A stretch of 38,368 nt of DNA from contig PSLI01000013.1 in assembly GCA_040289515.1 (NCBI GenBank), forward strand, positions 1 through 38,368, given 5' to 3'. Source of the stretch: Candidatus Sysuimicrobiota bacterium (GTDB lineage: Bacteria > Sysuimicrobiota > Sysuimicrobiia > Sysuimicrobiales > Sysuimicrobiaceae). The stretch's first letter is position 1. Each line of letters starts with the position of its first letter. Of this stretch, positions 9,060 to 19,746 are shown piece after piece. A program made the position numbers and the translations under genes. A model generated the notes under the pieces. That model saw only the letters and a list, made by a program, of their open reading frames with translations, made no database searches and was not told the origin of the DNA.

Positions 9060-10912
9060 CTCAGCACCCAGTACGCGAACAGCACCACCGCTCCCGCCAG
9101 CACCCCGGCCGCGTACTGCCGCACGTTCCCGGTCTGCCACGTGCGCACCGTACCGGAGGCACGCACCACCGCCTCCGCCACCGCGGAGGCGGCTCGGTCC
9201 ACCACATTTGAGTCCACGCGGTGGTACAGCCAGCCGCTTAGGGCCCTGGCGGGACGCACCACGGCCAGATCGTACAGGGCCTCCAGGCCCCACTGGGCGG
9301 CCAGCACATCCCGCAGCCGGCCCAGCCGCACTTCCCGCCGGCCCCGGTGCGTCCACCAGCCCACCAGCGTTCCACAGGCGGCCACCCCCACCGCCAGCCC
9401 CACGTCCACGGCGCCGGGCGGAGCGAGCTTTTCGTGGGCCCCGAAGACGGGCTGGAGGAACGCTACAAGGGGCACTGCGGCCCAGCCAGCACCCAGAAAC
9501 CCGCCGAATGCAGCAAGCACCGCCAGCGCCACGGTGGGCCACGCCATGGCCGGGGGCGCCTCGTGGGCATGGAAGGAACCCGGTTCACCCAAAAAGGCCA
9601 GGACGGCAGCGCGGGTGATGTAGTACGCGGTGACGAAGCTGGTGACCAGGGCCACGGCCCACAGCCCCACCGCGTGAAGTCGGGCCGCGTGCAGGATCTC
9701 CTCCTTGCTCCAGAACCCCGACAAAGGCGGCAGCCCCGCCAAGCTCAGGGCTCCCACCGCGAAGGCCAGGAAGGTGACGGGCATGGCCCGGCACAGCCCG
9801 CCCAGGTGCCGCAGGTCGATCTGGCCGTGCAGGGCATGCATCACACTGCCCGCGGCCAAAAACAGCAGGGCCTTGAAGAAGGCGTGGGTGGTGAGGTGGA
9901 AGAAGGCCGCGCTGCCCGCACCCACGCCCAGGGCCAGGAACATGTAGCCCAGCTGGCTGATGGTGGAGTACGCCAGGACCCGCTTCATGTCGTACTGAAC
10001 CGTGGCCACGGTGGCCGCGAACAACGCTGTGGCCGCGCCCACTGGGGCCACCACCGCACCCAGCACGGGGGATGCGGCCTCGAACAGGGGCCACAGTCGG
10101 CCCACCAAAAACACCCCCGCCGTGACCATGGTGGCCGCGTGGATCAGGGCGGATACCGGGGTGGGGCCCTCCATGGCGTCCGGCAGCCACACGTACAGGG
10201 GCAGCTGGGCGGACTTGCCCACAGCGCCCGCAAACAGGAGGAGGGCGGCAGCCACCAGGGCGGGGTGGCCCCGCAGCGCGCCCCCTCCGTCCCCAACCAG
10301 CCTTGCGATCTCCCGGAACTCCAGGGTGCCCAGCAGGGCCCAGGTGGACAGGATCCCCAGCACGAAGGCCGCGTCCCCCACGCGGTTCACCACGAAGGCC
10401 TTGCGACCCGCTGCGGCCGCCGCAGGCCGCTCGAACCAGAACCCGATGAGCAGGTACGAGCACAGCCCCACCAGCTCCCAGCCCACGAACAGCACCAGCA
10501 GGTTCGCCCCCAGCACCAGCACCAGCATAGAGGCCACAAACAGGTTGAGGACGGCGAAGTAGCGGCCGTAGTCCGGATCGCCGGCCATGTAGCCGGTGGA
10601 GTACACGTGGATGAGAAACCCCACGCCCGTCACCAACAGAGCCAGCAGGGCCGACAGGGGATCCCACTGTAGCGACGCGGACACCCGGAAGTCCGCCACC
10701 GCCACCCACTCAAACAGGTGCACCACCGCGGCGGACGCGCGGCCACCGGCCAGATCCCGAGCAGCGGCCGCACTCACCACAAAGGCACCCAGCACGGACA
10801 AGCAGGCCACCCGGGAAACCCCGCGCCGGCCCAGACGGCCGCCCCACAACCCGTTCACCACAGCCCCGGCCAGGGGCAGGGCCACGATCCACGGAATCGC
10901 GTGCGCGCCCAC
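9056..10912 (-). CDS. nuoL: NADH-quinone oxidoreductase subunit L
   Basis: GWELVGLCSYLLIGFW, GKSAQLPLYVWLPDAMEGPTPVSALIHAATMV, THAFFKALLFL. Confidence 0.96.
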   Translation of the reverse strand: MGAHAIPWIVALPLAGAVVNGLWGGRLGRRGVSRVACLSVLGAFVVSAAAARDLAGGRASAAVVHLFEWVAVADFRVSASLQWDPLSALLALLVTGVGFLIHVYSTGYMAGDPDYGRYFAVLNLFVASMLVLVLGANLLVLFVGWELVGLCSYLLIGFWFERPAAAAAGRKAFVVNRVGDAAFVLGILSTWALLGTLEFREIARLVGDGGGALRGHPALVAAALLLFAGAVGKSAQLPLYVWLPDAMEGPTPVSALIHAATMVTAGVFLVGRLWPLFEAASPVLGAVVAPVGAATALFAATVATVQYDMKRVLAYSTISQLGYMFLALGVGAGSAAFFHLTTHAFFKALLFLAAGSVMHALHGQIDLRHLGGLCRAMPVTFLAFAVGALSLAGLPPLSGFWSKEEILHAARLHAVGLWAVALVTSFVTAYYITRAAVLAFLGEPGSFHAHEAPPAMAWPTVALAVLAAFGGFLGAGWAAVPLVAFLQPVFGAHEKLAPPGAVDVGLAVGVAACGTLVGWWTHRGRREVRLGRLRDVLAAQWGLEALYDLAVVRPARALSGWLYHRVDSNVVDRAASAVAEAVVRASGTVRTWQTGNVRQYAAGVLAGAVVLFAYWVLR

Positions 10913-10917
10913 AGCCC

Positions 10918-11223
10918 TCAGCCCCGCAGCAGGTCCACCTCGTCCACGTCCACGGTGTCGCGGCTCCGGAAGATGTGGACCAGAATGCTCAGGCCCACCA
11001 CCACCTCCACCGCGGCCACCACCAGCACAAAGAACACCGCCAGCTGCCCGTCCAGGTTACCGTGCATCCGGGCCAGGGTGACGAAGGCCAAATTCACCGC
11101 GTTCAGCATCAGCTCGATGGACATGAACAGGATGAGGGCCGTACGGCGCACCAGCACTCCCACGGTGCCCAGGGTGAACAGGGCCGCGCTCAGCAGGAGG
11201 TACGCGGAGGCAGGGACGCTCAC
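10918..11223 (-). CDS. nuoK: NADH-quinone oxidoreductase subunit K
   Basis: [15 protein letters not shown]...VAAVE..VGL. GTG start overlaps the nuoJ stop. Confidence 0.95.
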   Translation of the reverse strand: MSVPASAYLLLSAALFTLGTVGVLVRRTALILFMSIELMLNAVNLAFVTLARMHGNLDGQLAVFFVLVVAAVEVVVGLSILVHIFRSRDTVDVDEVDLLRG

Positions 11224-11753
11224 GCCTCCTCCCGACCCCGAGCCGGCGGGGCCGAGGGAAGGGTGCCGGGACCGCTGGCCAGCACCACCGCCGCCACGAT
11301 CCCCACCACGAGCAGCAAAGACGCCACCTCGAAGGGCAGCAGGAACTCCCTGAACAGAACCCTTCCCACGGCCTCCGTGCTGCCGAACTCCGGCCCGACC
11401 GCCCGTGCGGAAGCGGGCAGCTGAAGCGCCGCGGAGCTGAGCCCCGCCCACAGGGCCAACCCCAGGGGCACCGCCAGGCTCCACTGCCCTCCCACCCGGG
11501 AGGGCCGGCTCTCGGGCGTCCGGGCGTGCAGGAGCATGATCACGAACAGGAACAGAACCACGATGGCGCCCGCGTACACGATCACCTGCAGCACCGCCAG
11601 GAACTCCGCGGCCAGGGTGAGGTACAGGACCGCCAGGGATCCCAGCACCAAAAGAAGGCTCAAGGCGCTGTGCACGGGCTGGCGTGCTGCCACCACCCCC
11701 ACCCCCCCGGCCAGACTGAGGGCGGCACTCACCGCGAACAGGAGAACCTCCAC
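11220..11753 (-). CDS. nuoJ: NADH-quinone oxidoreductase subunit J
   Basis: [37 protein letters not shown] 11753 with GGAGGT RBS. Confidence 0.94.
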   Translation of the reverse strand: MEVLLFAVSAALSLAGGVGVVAARQPVHSALSLLLVLGSLAVLYLTLAAEFLAVLQVIVYAGAIVVLFLFVIMLLHARTPESRPSRVGGQWSLAVPLGLALWAGLSSAALQLPASARAVGPEFGSTEAVGRVLFREFLLPFEVASLLLVVGIVAAVVLASGPGTLPSAPPARGREEA

Positions 11754-11754
11754 G

Positions 11755-12246
11755 CTACACCTCCCGGTGCGGGTCCCGACCGGAGGCGCCCGGATAGGGC
11801 TCCTGCAGCATGGACTTGGTGTAGATGAGCGCCTCCCGCCGGTAGTCCGCCAGCTCGAAGTCCCTGCCCAGCACGATGGCTCCCGTGGGGCACGCCTCCT
11901 CACAGAACCCGCAGAAGATGCAGCGCAGCATGTTGATCTGGAACTCCTCCGCGTACCGCTCCCCGCGGCTCACGCGCTTTTCGGGGGTGTTCTCCGCCGC
12001 CTTCACGTAGATGGCCTGCGAGGGGCACACGATCACGCACAGCTCGCACCCCACGCACCGCTCCGTTCCGTCTGCGTACAGGGTGAGCCAGTGCCGTCCC
12101 TTGAACCGGCCCGCGATGCGGGGCCGCTGCTCCGGGTACTGTACCGTGACGGGGGGACGGAACAGGTGCCGCAGGGTGACGCCCATCCCCTTCAGGAGGG
12201 CCGCACCCTCCACCACCACCCGTCGCCAGCCGTTTCGACTTCCCAC
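11755..12246 (-). CDS. nuoI: NADH-quinone oxidoreductase subunit I
   Basis: TVQYPE, two CxxCxxCxxxCP motifs ([24 protein letters not shown]). Confidence 0.96.
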   Translation of the reverse strand: MGSRNGWRRVVVEGAALLKGMGVTLRHLFRPPVTVQYPEQRPRIAGRFKGRHWLTLYADGTERCVGCELCVIVCPSQAIYVKAAENTPEKRVSRGERYAEEFQINMLRCIFCGFCEEACPTGAIVLGRDFELADYRREALIYTKSMLQEPYPGASGRDPHREV

Positions 12247-12267
12247 GAAGCCTCCTACGGGTCCTGC

Positions 12268-13242
12268 CTACAGGAGAAGGACGGCGCTCACCAACAGGTT
12301 CGCCAGCGCCACCGGGATGAGGACCTTCCAGCCCAGGCCCATCAGTTGATCATAGCGCACCCGGGGGACGGTGGCCCGGATCCAGATGAGGACCACCACG
12401 AAGGCAAGGACCTTCAGCCCGAACCACACCACCGGCGGCAGCACCGGCCCCCACCAGCCTCCCAGGAACAAGGTGGCGGCCAGCGCCCCCTGCGTGATCA
12501 TGGCCAGGTACTCCGCGATGTAGAACATCACGAACTTGAAGCCGCCGTACTCCGTCTGGTAACCGGCGATGAGCTCCTGCTCCGCCTCCGGCAGGTCGAA
12601 GGGGGCACGGTTGGTTTCCGCCAGGGCGGAGAGGAAGAACACCGCGAAGGCCACGGGCTGCCGCAGGATGAACCAGCCCTGCTCCTGAGCCTGCACGATG
12701 CGGACCAGGCTCAGGCTGCCGGCCTCCAGCACCACCGCCAGCACCGCCAGGGCCAGGCTCAGCTCGTAGCTGATCATCTGGGCGCTACTGCGAAGCCCGC
12801 CCAGCAGGGAGTACTTGCTGTTGGAGGACCACCCACCCAGGATGAGGCCGTAGACCCCGATCGAGGAAGCGCCCAGCACCAGCAGCAGGGCCGTGTTCAC
12901 GTCCGCCAGGTACAGGGTGATCCGGCGCCCGAACAGTTGCACCTCCGGCCCGAAGGGGATCACCGCGTAGACAAAGAGGGCGGTGGTCATGAGCAGCACG
13001 GGCGCCGCGGTGTACACCACGCGGTTCGCCCCCGCGGGCGCGAAGTCCTCCTTGGTGAGGAGCTTGATGCCGTCCGCCAGGGGCTGCAGCAGGCCCCAGG
13101 GGCCCACCCGGTTGGGGCCGTACCGCACCTGGAATCGGCCCAGCAGCTTGCGTTCCAGCAACACCTCGTAGGCGGTGGCGGTGAGCAGCACCCCCAGCAG
13201 CGCCGCGCTCTTGAGCGCGGCCTCCACCACCAGGGCGGTCAC
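12268..13242 (-). CDS. nuoH: NADH-quinone oxidoreductase subunit H
   Basis: ERKLLG..Q.RYGPNRVG..GLLQPLADGIKL, AETNRAPFDLPEAEQEL, PRVRYDQLM. Confidence 0.96.
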   Translation of the reverse strand: MTALVVEAALKSAALLGVLLTATAYEVLLERKLLGRFQVRYGPNRVGPWGLLQPLADGIKLLTKEDFAPAGANRVVYTAAPVLLMTTALFVYAVIPFGPEVQLFGRRITLYLADVNTALLLVLGASSIGVYGLILGGWSSNSKYSLLGGLRSSAQMISYELSLALAVLAVVLEAGSLSLVRIVQAQEQGWFILRQPVAFAVFFLSALAETNRAPFDLPEAEQELIAGYQTEYGGFKFVMFYIAEYLAMITQGALAATLFLGGWWGPVLPPVVWFGLKVLAFVVVLIWIRATVPRVRYDQLMGLGWKVLIPVALANLLVSAVLLL

Positions 13243-15713
13243 CGCGACTCCCTCCCCGCGGGCTGCAGGGCCCGCACCCGTACCCGCAGCCCAGGCCTCT
13301 GCCAGCGGCTGCGCGGGAACTGGGAAAACCCCACGGGCACCAGCACGTGGCCTGGGGCCACCGCGGCATCCACCGTGGCCCGGGCCCGGGCCGAAGCGTC
13401 ACCCACCTGCAGCTCAACCTCCGCGCCGTCTTCCAGGCCCAGCGGTACAGCGTCCTCCGGGTGCAGCACCACCGTGGGGTTGCCTGCCAGCTCCGGCAAC
13501 CCCCGGCAGCGGGAGGCCATCTCCCCCGTTCGGAACAGGGGTGCGGACGGCACCACCACCAGGCCTTCGCCGTCCAGGGGGGTGGGCAGCTGCACCTCCA
13601 CCCGGGGCTGCGGCCGCGGGAAGGAGTACGGCCGGTCCAGCTCCATGCCTGGCGCCACCCGCCGCAGTTCCTCCCACACCTCGTCCACGGAAGCGTACTC
13701 CATGGGACGTCCCAGGCGCTGGCTCAACAGCTGCAAAATGTCCCCGTCCGCGCGGGCACCCGGCGGGCCCATGCGGGATGCGGCCACCCGCTGCAGACGC
13801 CCCTCCAGGTTCGCCCACGTGCCGGCCCGCTCGAAGCAGCTGAGCGCCGGCAGCACCACGTCCGCCTGCTCCACGGTGGTGGTCCAGAACAGATCCGTCA
13901 CCACCAGCAGGTCCAGCTTCGCCCGCGCGCGCTTCCACAGATCCCCGTCGGGGAAGTCCCGGGCCGGGTCCGCACCCGCCACGTACAGGACGGACAACCG
14001 GCCAGCCGCCGCGGCCTCCAGCATGGCGGGGGCAGCCAGACCGGGAGATATGGGCGGCTCGAACCCCCACACCGCGCGCACACGAGCCCGGGCCTGCGGG
14101 TCCTCCGGGGGCACCAAGCCGGGCAGCGCGTCAGGAGCCAGGCCCGCCAGGAGGGCACCGGTGGCGTTGCCCTTGCCCCGGAGGACCCACACCTCGCCGC
14201 CGCACACCGCTCGCAGGGTCTGCAGCGCGGCCAGGGTCCGCCCGGGCTGCGGGCCGTCCCAGGACAGCTGTCCCACCACAAACAGCACGGGCCCGGGTCG
14301 GGCCAGATGACGCACCAGGTCCTCTACCGCCTGGCAACTTACGCCCGCCCGGTCGCAGCTTGTCTGTACCTTCACCTGGCGGAGGGGCTCGGGAACGGAC
14401 CCGCTCCGCTCGGCCAGCAGGCGTGCGGCCGCGTACAGCACGTCGGCTTCCGTCCCGTAGCGATGCACCACCGCGCCTTGCAGATACGGGGCGATCTCCA
14501 GCCGCTTCGGCGCCAGCGCCAGCCCTGCCGCCCCCCGGTCCAAGGCTCGCTTGGCCCGCAGCCACAGAACCGGGTAGTCCTCGCTGAGGTCACAACCCAC
14601 CAGCACAAAGACGCCCACCCGGTCGAGGGCTTCGAAGGGACCCGCCCCCCAGGCCCACTCCCGCGGCGGGGCGAAGGCGGAATCCGCCCGCGCATCCACG
14701 TGGTTCGAGCCCAGAAAGCGGAACAGCTTCCCCAACAGGTACGCCTCCTCCACCGTCAGCCGCTTGCCACCCAGGGCGCCCACGCGGGGAGAGGCCTGCC
14801 GCAGGGCCCGCGCTACCACGTCCAGCGCCTCCTCCCAGCTGGCCGGCTGCAGCGTCCCGCCTTGCCGCATGTACGGCGTGGTGAGGCGGTCCGGGTGCTG
14901 CGTGTAGTCGTACCCAAAGAAGCCCACGTCGCACAACCAGATGTCGTTCACCTCGGGCTTTTCCCGGGCCCGGACCCGCACCACTTCCCCGCCGCGGGTG
15001 TCCACCCAGGTGGCGCAGCCCACGCCGCAGTGGGTGCACACACCCGCGGTGGGCTGGTTGTCCCACGGTCGGGCCCGGAACCGGTACACGCCGCTCGTGA
15101 GGGCGCCCACGGGGCAGATGGCGATGGTGTTGCCGATGAACTTGCTGGGCCGCTCCTGGGTCACCGGGGGCACGTCGATGTGGGTCCGGTAGCCCCGCTC
15201 GTGCCCTTTCAGGGCGTGGTCGCCGGCCACGACCTCCCCGAAGCGGGTGCAGCGCCAGCACAGGATGCACCGCTCCCGGTCCAGGGTGAGCACGGGGCTC
15301 AGGCGCACCGCCTTGGGAAAGTGGCGCTTCGGCTCCACGAACCGGGACGCCCCGGGACCGTACCGAAAGGTGTTGTCCTGGAGGGGGCACTCGCCGCCCT
15401 TGTCGCAGATGGGGCAGTCCAGGGGGTGGTTGATGAGCAGGAACTCCAGGATGGCGCGCCGGGCCTCCACCACCTCGGGGCTCTCGGTCCACACCACCAT
15501 CCCCTCCTGGGCCTCCAGGGTGCAGGCGGTCTGCAGGCGCGGCATCCGGTCCACCTGCACGAAGCACATGCGGCACGCCCCCAGCGGCGGCATGCGGTCG
15601 TGGTAGCAGAAGATGGGAATCTCGATGCCCAGCTGTCGCGCCGCGTGGTAGACGGTCGTACCCTTGGGGACCGTCACCGTCCGGCCGTCGATGGTAAGGG
15701 TCACGGTACTCAC
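13239..15713 (-). CDS. nuoG: NADH-quinone oxidoreductase subunit G (long form with N7-type cluster motif)
   Basis: FCYH..GACRMC..QTAC (N1b), HPLDCPICDKGGEC (N5), CILCWRC..CPVGAL (N4), CTHCGVGC..WLC (N7-type), molybdopterin-fold C-terminus. Confidence 0.95.
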   Translation of the reverse strand: MSTVTLTIDGRTVTVPKGTTVYHAARQLGIEIPIFCYHDRMPPLGACRMCFVQVDRMPRLQTACTLEAQEGMVVWTESPEVVEARRAILEFLLINHPLDCPICDKGGECPLQDNTFRYGPGASRFVEPKRHFPKAVRLSPVLTLDRERCILCWRCTRFGEVVAGDHALKGHERGYRTHIDVPPVTQERPSKFIGNTIAICPVGALTSGVYRFRARPWDNQPTAGVCTHCGVGCATWVDTRGGEVVRVRAREKPEVNDIWLCDVGFFGYDYTQHPDRLTTPYMRQGGTLQPASWEEALDVVARALRQASPRVGALGGKRLTVEEAYLLGKLFRFLGSNHVDARADSAFAPPREWAWGAGPFEALDRVGVFVLVGCDLSEDYPVLWLRAKRALDRGAAGLALAPKRLEIAPYLQGAVVHRYGTEADVLYAAARLLAERSGSVPEPLRQVKVQTSCDRAGVSCQAVEDLVRHLARPGPVLFVVGQLSWDGPQPGRTLAALQTLRAVCGGEVWVLRGKGNATGALLAGLAPDALPGLVPPEDPQARARVRAVWGFEPPISPGLAAPAMLEAAAAGRLSVLYVAGADPARDFPDGDLWKRARAKLDLLVVTDLFWTTTVEQADVVLPALSCFERAGTWANLEGRLQRVAASRMGPPGARADGDILQLLSQRLGRPMEYASVDEVWEELRRVAPGMELDRPYSFPRPQPRVEVQLPTPLDGEGLVVVPSAPLFRTGEMASRCRGLPELAGNPTVVLHPEDAVPLGLEDGAEVELQVGDASARARATVDAAVAPGHVLVPVGFSQFPRSRWQRPGLRVRVRALQPAGRESR

Positions 15714-15715
15714 GG

Positions 15716-17005
15716 TCAGCCTCCCGGCGCGGGCGCGCCCAGGTGCAGCCGGACTGGCATGGTCGCAGGTTCCCGCGCGGCCCGCACGTACGCTTCAAAC
15801 TCCTCCCGGAAGTCCTCCAGCCCAGCCCGCAGGCTAGGGGGAACGCTCTCCCCCAGGGGACAGAAGCACGTGCCGGTCATGTTGCGGGCCAGGCTGGCCA
15901 GCAGATCCAGATCCTCCGGCCGACCCCGGCCGTGCAGGATCCGGTCCAGAATCTGGGTTACCCACACGGTCCCTTCCCTGCACGGCGTGCACTTGCCGCA
16001 GGACTCGTCCCGGTAAAACTCGCACACCCGGGCGATCACCTTCACCATGTCCGTGGTCTCGTCCATGACGATGACCGCCGCGGAGCCCAGCATGGACCCC
16101 AGCTTGGCCAGCTCCTCGTGCCGCAGGGGCACGTCCAGGTACTTGCCGGGAAGGGGCCGGCTAGACGTACCCCCCGGGTAGAAGGCCTTCACCTGTCGGC
16201 CACCCCGAACCCCGCCGGCACGCTCGATGAGCTCCCGGGCAGACGTCCCCAGGGGCGCTTCCACCACCTGGGGCGCGTTCACGTGCCCGCTCACCGAGTA
16301 CAGCTGCGGGGGACCCTGGTGCAGCCACCACTCGGGCCCCTCCCGCACAATCCACGGCACGCAGCACAGGGTCTCCACGTTGTTGAGCACCGTGGGCTTC
16401 TCGTACAGCCCCATGACCGCGGGGAAGTAGGGGGGCTTCAGGCGCGGCATGGCCCGTCGGCCTTCCAGAGACTCCAGCAGAGCGGTCTCCTCCCCCGCGA
16501 TGTAGGCGCCCGCGCCGGGATGCACGTACACGTCCAGGCAGAAGTCGGTGCCCAGAATCCCCTGGCCCAGGTAACCGCGCTGGTAGGCCTGCGCGATGGC
16601 CCGCTCCAGCCTGCGGTGGGCCTGGTAGAACTCCCGGCGCAGGTACACGTAAGCGGTGCGCACCCCGTTCGCGTACGCCGCCAGCGCGATCCCCTCCACC
16701 AGCAAGTGGGGGTCACCCTCCAGCAGGGTGCGGTCCTTGAACGTCCCCGGCTCGCCCTCGTCCGCGTTCACCACCAGGTACTTCACCGGCGCGTCCTTGG
16801 GTACGAACTTCCACTTGCGCCCCGTGGGGAACCCGGCTCCGCCCCGGCCCCGCAGCTGCGACCGGTCCACCAGCTCCGTCACCTGCTCGGGGCTCAGTTC
16901 CCGGAGGGCCCGGCGCAGGGCCGCATATCCCCCCCGCCGCTCGTACGCGTCGATGTCCGCCTGATCGGGCTCCCGCACGTAACGTAGCAACACAGGTTGC
17001 GGCAT
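15716..17005 (-). CDS. nuoF: NADH-quinone oxidoreductase subunit F
   Basis: LRGRGGAGFPTG, NADEGEPGT, GAYIAGEETAL, ESCGKCTPCREG..CPLG. Start re-called to ATG 17005. Confidence 0.96.
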   Translation of the reverse strand: MPQPVLLRYVREPDQADIDAYERRGGYAALRRALRELSPEQVTELVDRSQLRGRGGAGFPTGRKWKFVPKDAPVKYLVVNADEGEPGTFKDRTLLEGDPHLLVEGIALAAYANGVRTAYVYLRREFYQAHRRLERAIAQAYQRGYLGQGILGTDFCLDVYVHPGAGAYIAGEETALLESLEGRRAMPRLKPPYFPAVMGLYEKPTVLNNVETLCCVPWIVREGPEWWLHQGPPQLYSVSGHVNAPQVVEAPLGTSARELIERAGGVRGGRQVKAFYPGGTSSRPLPGKYLDVPLRHEELAKLGSMLGSAAVIVMDETTDMVKVIARVCEFYRDESCGKCTPCREGTVWVTQILDRILHGRGRPEDLDLLASLARNMTGTCFCPLGESVPPSLRAGLEDFREEFEAYVRAAREPATMPVRLHLGAPAPGG

Positions 17006-17007
17006 GG

Positions 17008-17472
17008 TCAGTCCAGCTCCCTCAGCAGCTGCACGGCGGAGTCCGGGCTGACAGGACCATGGCGCTGTTCGTCCACCAGCATGCACGGTGCCTGGTCGCA
17101 GGCGGCCAGGCACTCCACCGCCAGCAGGGTCACCCGGCCATCCGGGGTCGTCTGGCCCGCGCGGATGCCCAGCTCCCGCTCCACCCACTCCCGCACCGCC
17201 TCCGCACCCGACAGCATGCAGGACAGGTTCGTACACAGCTGCACCACGTGGCGGCCGGGGAGCTCCGTGAAGATCAGGGTGTAAAAGGAGGCCACCTCCG
17301 CCACCACCTCCACGGGCAGGCCCAGCAACCGGCCCACCTCCGCCATGGCCTCCGGGGGCACCCAGCCCAGCTCCTCCTGCACCCGCAGGAGGGCCGGGAT
17401 CAGCGCGGACTGGGCAACCGGGTAGCGCGCCCGTAGCGCCTCGATGTCCTGCCGTACGCGCTCCGAGAGCAA
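17008..17472 (-). CDS. nuoE: NADH-quinone oxidoreductase subunit E
   Basis: VASFYT, CTNLSC..ECLAACDQAP [2Fe-2S] motif. TTG start with GGGAGG RBS. Confidence 0.95.
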   Translation of the reverse strand: MLSERVRQDIEALRARYPVAQSALIPALLRVQEELGWVPPEAMAEVGRLLGLPVEVVAEVASFYTLIFTELPGRHVVQLCTNLSCMLSGAEAVREWVERELGIRAGQTTPDGRVTLLAVECLAACDQAPCMLVDEQRHGPVSPDSAVQLLRELD

Positions 17473-17527
17473 CGCAACCTCCCCGCGGCCGCTCCGCGGC
17501 GGCCGCTGGATCCCCGGAGGGCAAGAC

Positions 17528-18703
17528 CTACCGGTCCACGTCCCCCAGGACGATGTCGATGGAGGCGATGGCCACCACCACGTCCGCCAGCATCCCGCCG
17601 CGGATCATGGCGGGCAACGCCTGCAGGTTCGAGAAGGACGGTGCCCGGACCCGGACCCGCACCGGGCGGTTGGAGCCGTCCGACACGATGTAGTACCCCT
17701 TCTCCCCTCGGGGCGACTCCACCGCGGCGTACACCTCGCCCTTGGGAGGGTGGATTCCCTCGCTCACCAACTTGAACTGGTGGATGACCGCCTCCATGGA
17801 CCGCACCAGCTCCGCCCGCGGGGGCAGCGCCACCTTCCGATCCTGGGTGATCACGGGACCGTCGGGCAAACACGCCAGGGCCTGCAGAACGATGCGCCGG
17901 GACTGCCGCATCTCCTCCATGCGGACCCGGTACCGGTCGTAGGCGTCACCGTTCTCCCCCGTGGGTACGTCGAACTCGAACTCATCGTACGAGGAGTAGG
18001 GGAAGGCCTTGCGCACGTCGTACGGGATCCCCGAGCCCCGCAGGGTCGGACCCGTGACCCCGTAGGCCAAAGCGTCCTTCCGGCTCAGCACCGCCACGCC
18101 CTCGTGTCGGCGCCGCCAGATGAGGTTGTCCGTGAGCATGGCCTCGTACTCGTCCAGGCGACGGGGAAACTCCTCCAGGAACGGCCGCACTGCGTGCTCA
18201 AACTCCTCCGGCAGGTCCTCGGCCACCCCCCCGATGCGGAAGTAGCCGGGCATCATGCGCTGGCCGGAGACCATTTCGAAAAGCTCTAGAATCCGTTCCC
18301 GGTCCCGGAAGCAGTACATGAGAAGGCTGCTCACGTTCAGGTCGATGCCCGTGGTCCCCAGCCACACCAGGTGGCTGGCGATGCGGTTGAGCTCGCACAG
18401 GATCACCCGGATGTACTGGGCCCGCTTGGGGACCTCCACGCCCAACAGCTTCTCCACCGCCATGCAGTACGCGAGCTCCTCGTGGTAGCTGGACAGGTAC
18501 TCGATGCGGTCCACCAGGGTGATGTTCTGGTGGTACGTGCGGTTCTCCATCTCCTTCTCGATGCCCGTGTGCAGGTAGCCGATCACCGGCTGGCAGGAGA
18601 CGATCACCTCCCCTTCCAGCTCCAGCACCAAGCGCAGCACCCCGTGCGTGCTGGGGTGCTGCGGGCCCATGTTGATGGTGAGGGTCTCCCGCACCAGGCT
18701 CAC
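17528..18703 (-). CDS. nuoD: NADH-quinone oxidoreductase subunit D
   Basis: NMGPQHPSTHGVLR, GYLHTGIEK, ESPRGE, C-terminal DIVLGDVDR. No NiFe CxxC motifs. Confidence 0.97.
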   Translation of the reverse strand: MSLVRETLTINMGPQHPSTHGVLRLVLELEGEVIVSCQPVIGYLHTGIEKEMENRTYHQNITLVDRIEYLSSYHEELAYCMAVEKLLGVEVPKRAQYIRVILCELNRIASHLVWLGTTGIDLNVSSLLMYCFRDRERILELFEMVSGQRMMPGYFRIGGVAEDLPEEFEHAVRPFLEEFPRRLDEYEAMLTDNLIWRRRHEGVAVLSRKDALAYGVTGPTLRGSGIPYDVRKAFPYSSYDEFEFDVPTGENGDAYDRYRVRMEEMRQSRRIVLQALACLPDGPVITQDRKVALPPRAELVRSMEAVIHQFKLVSEGIHPPKGEVYAAVESPRGEKGYYIVSDGSNRPVRVRVRAPSFSNLQALPAMIRGGMLADVVVAIASIDIVLGDVDR

Positions 18704-18715
18704 GAAGGCCTCTCC

Positions 18716-19255
18716 CTACGGGTCCACCCGGCCCGGCTTCACGCGGGGCACGATCTCGCTGGGCACCTTGGGCACGTGCCCCTGGAACTCCACGGGCTCC
18801 TCCGTGAGCGGGTAGTCCCGCCGCAGGGGGTGCCCCTCCCAGTCGTCGGGCATCAGGATGCGGACCAGGTTGGGGTGTCCGGCGAAACGTATCCCGAACA
18901 GGTCCCACACCTCCCGCTCGAACCAGTCCGCACCGGCAAACACGGACACCGCGCTGGGGACCACGGGGTCCTGACCGGGCACGCGCACCTTCACCCGCAG
19001 CCGTTCCCGCCGGCTCAGGCTCAGCAGGTGGTAGACCACCTCAAACCGGGGCTCCAGGGGGCACCGGTCCCACGCGGTGAGGTCCACCAGAACCTGGAAG
19101 TGCCACGGATCATCCTGAAGCCACCGCAGGACGTCCACCACCCGCTCCCGGTCCACGACCACGGTGGCGTCGCCCCGGAAGGCGTGGGTCTCCCGCAGCT
19201 GCTCCCCCAGGCGTTCCGCCAGGAAAGCCTGCACGGGTGTCAACGACCCGCTCAC
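18716..19255 (-). CDS. nuoC: NADH-quinone oxidoreductase subunit C
   Basis: [48 protein letters not shown] overlaps the nuoB stop. Confidence 0.95.
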   Translation of the reverse strand: MSGSLTPVQAFLAERLGEQLRETHAFRGDATVVVDRERVVDVLRWLQDDPWHFQVLVDLTAWDRCPLEPRFEVVYHLLSLSRRERLRVKVRVPGQDPVVPSAVSVFAGADWFEREVWDLFGIRFAGHPNLVRILMPDDWEGHPLRRDYPLTEEPVEFQGHVPKVPSEIVPRVKPGRVDP

Positions 19256-19746
19256 CGGCCCCCTCCCCGTGCACCGGCCCGGATCTTCTCCTGCAGCTTC
19301 ATCAGGCCGTACAGCAGCGCCTCCGGTCGGGGCGGGCAGCCCGCCACGTACACGTCCACGGGCACGATCTTGTCCACCCCCTGGACCAGGGCGTAGTTGT
19401 TGTACACCCCGCCGCAGGAGGCGCAGTCGCCCATGGACAGCACCCACTTGGGTTCCAGCATCTGGTCGTAGATGTGGCGGAGTACGGATGCCATCTTCTG
19501 GCTGACCCGGCCCGCCACGATCATCAGGTCCGACTGGCGCGGGGAAGCCCGGAAGGCCTCCATGCCGAACCGGGCGATGTCGAACTTGGAAGTGGTGGTG
19601 GCGATCATCTCGATGGCGCAGCACGCCAGCCCGAACTGCACCGGCCACACGGAGGAACTGCGGGCCCACGCCAGCATCCGCTCCACAGTGGTGGTGAGGA
19701 CGTTGCGCTCCAGACCTGCCAGGTCCTCCCGGGTCACGTTTGCCAT
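19252..19746 (-). CDS. nuoB: NADH-quinone oxidoreductase subunit B
   Basis: [31 protein letters not shown]. Start re-called to ATG 19746. Confidence 0.96.
   Translation of the reverse strand: MANVTREDLAGLERNVLTTTVERMLAWARSSSVWPVQFGLACCAIEMIATTTSKFDIARFGMEAFRASPRQSDLMIVAGRVSQKMASVLRHIYDQMLEPKWVLSMGDCASCGGVYNNYALVQGVDKIVPVDVYVAGCPPRPEALLYGLMKLQEKIRAGARGGGR

Noticed and set aside
11536..16016. Very long plus-strand ORFs (924 aa, 889 aa) and similar antisense or alternate-frame ORFs throughout the window
   Set aside because: Shadow ORFs of real genes caused by stop-codon scarcity in GC-rich DNA. Low-complexity R/P/G/H-rich translations with no motifs.
17528..19746. nuoB/C/D as a group 4 hydrogenase
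   Set aside because: NuoD lacks the NiFe CxxC motifs, and nuoEFG plus nuoAHIJKLMN are all present.
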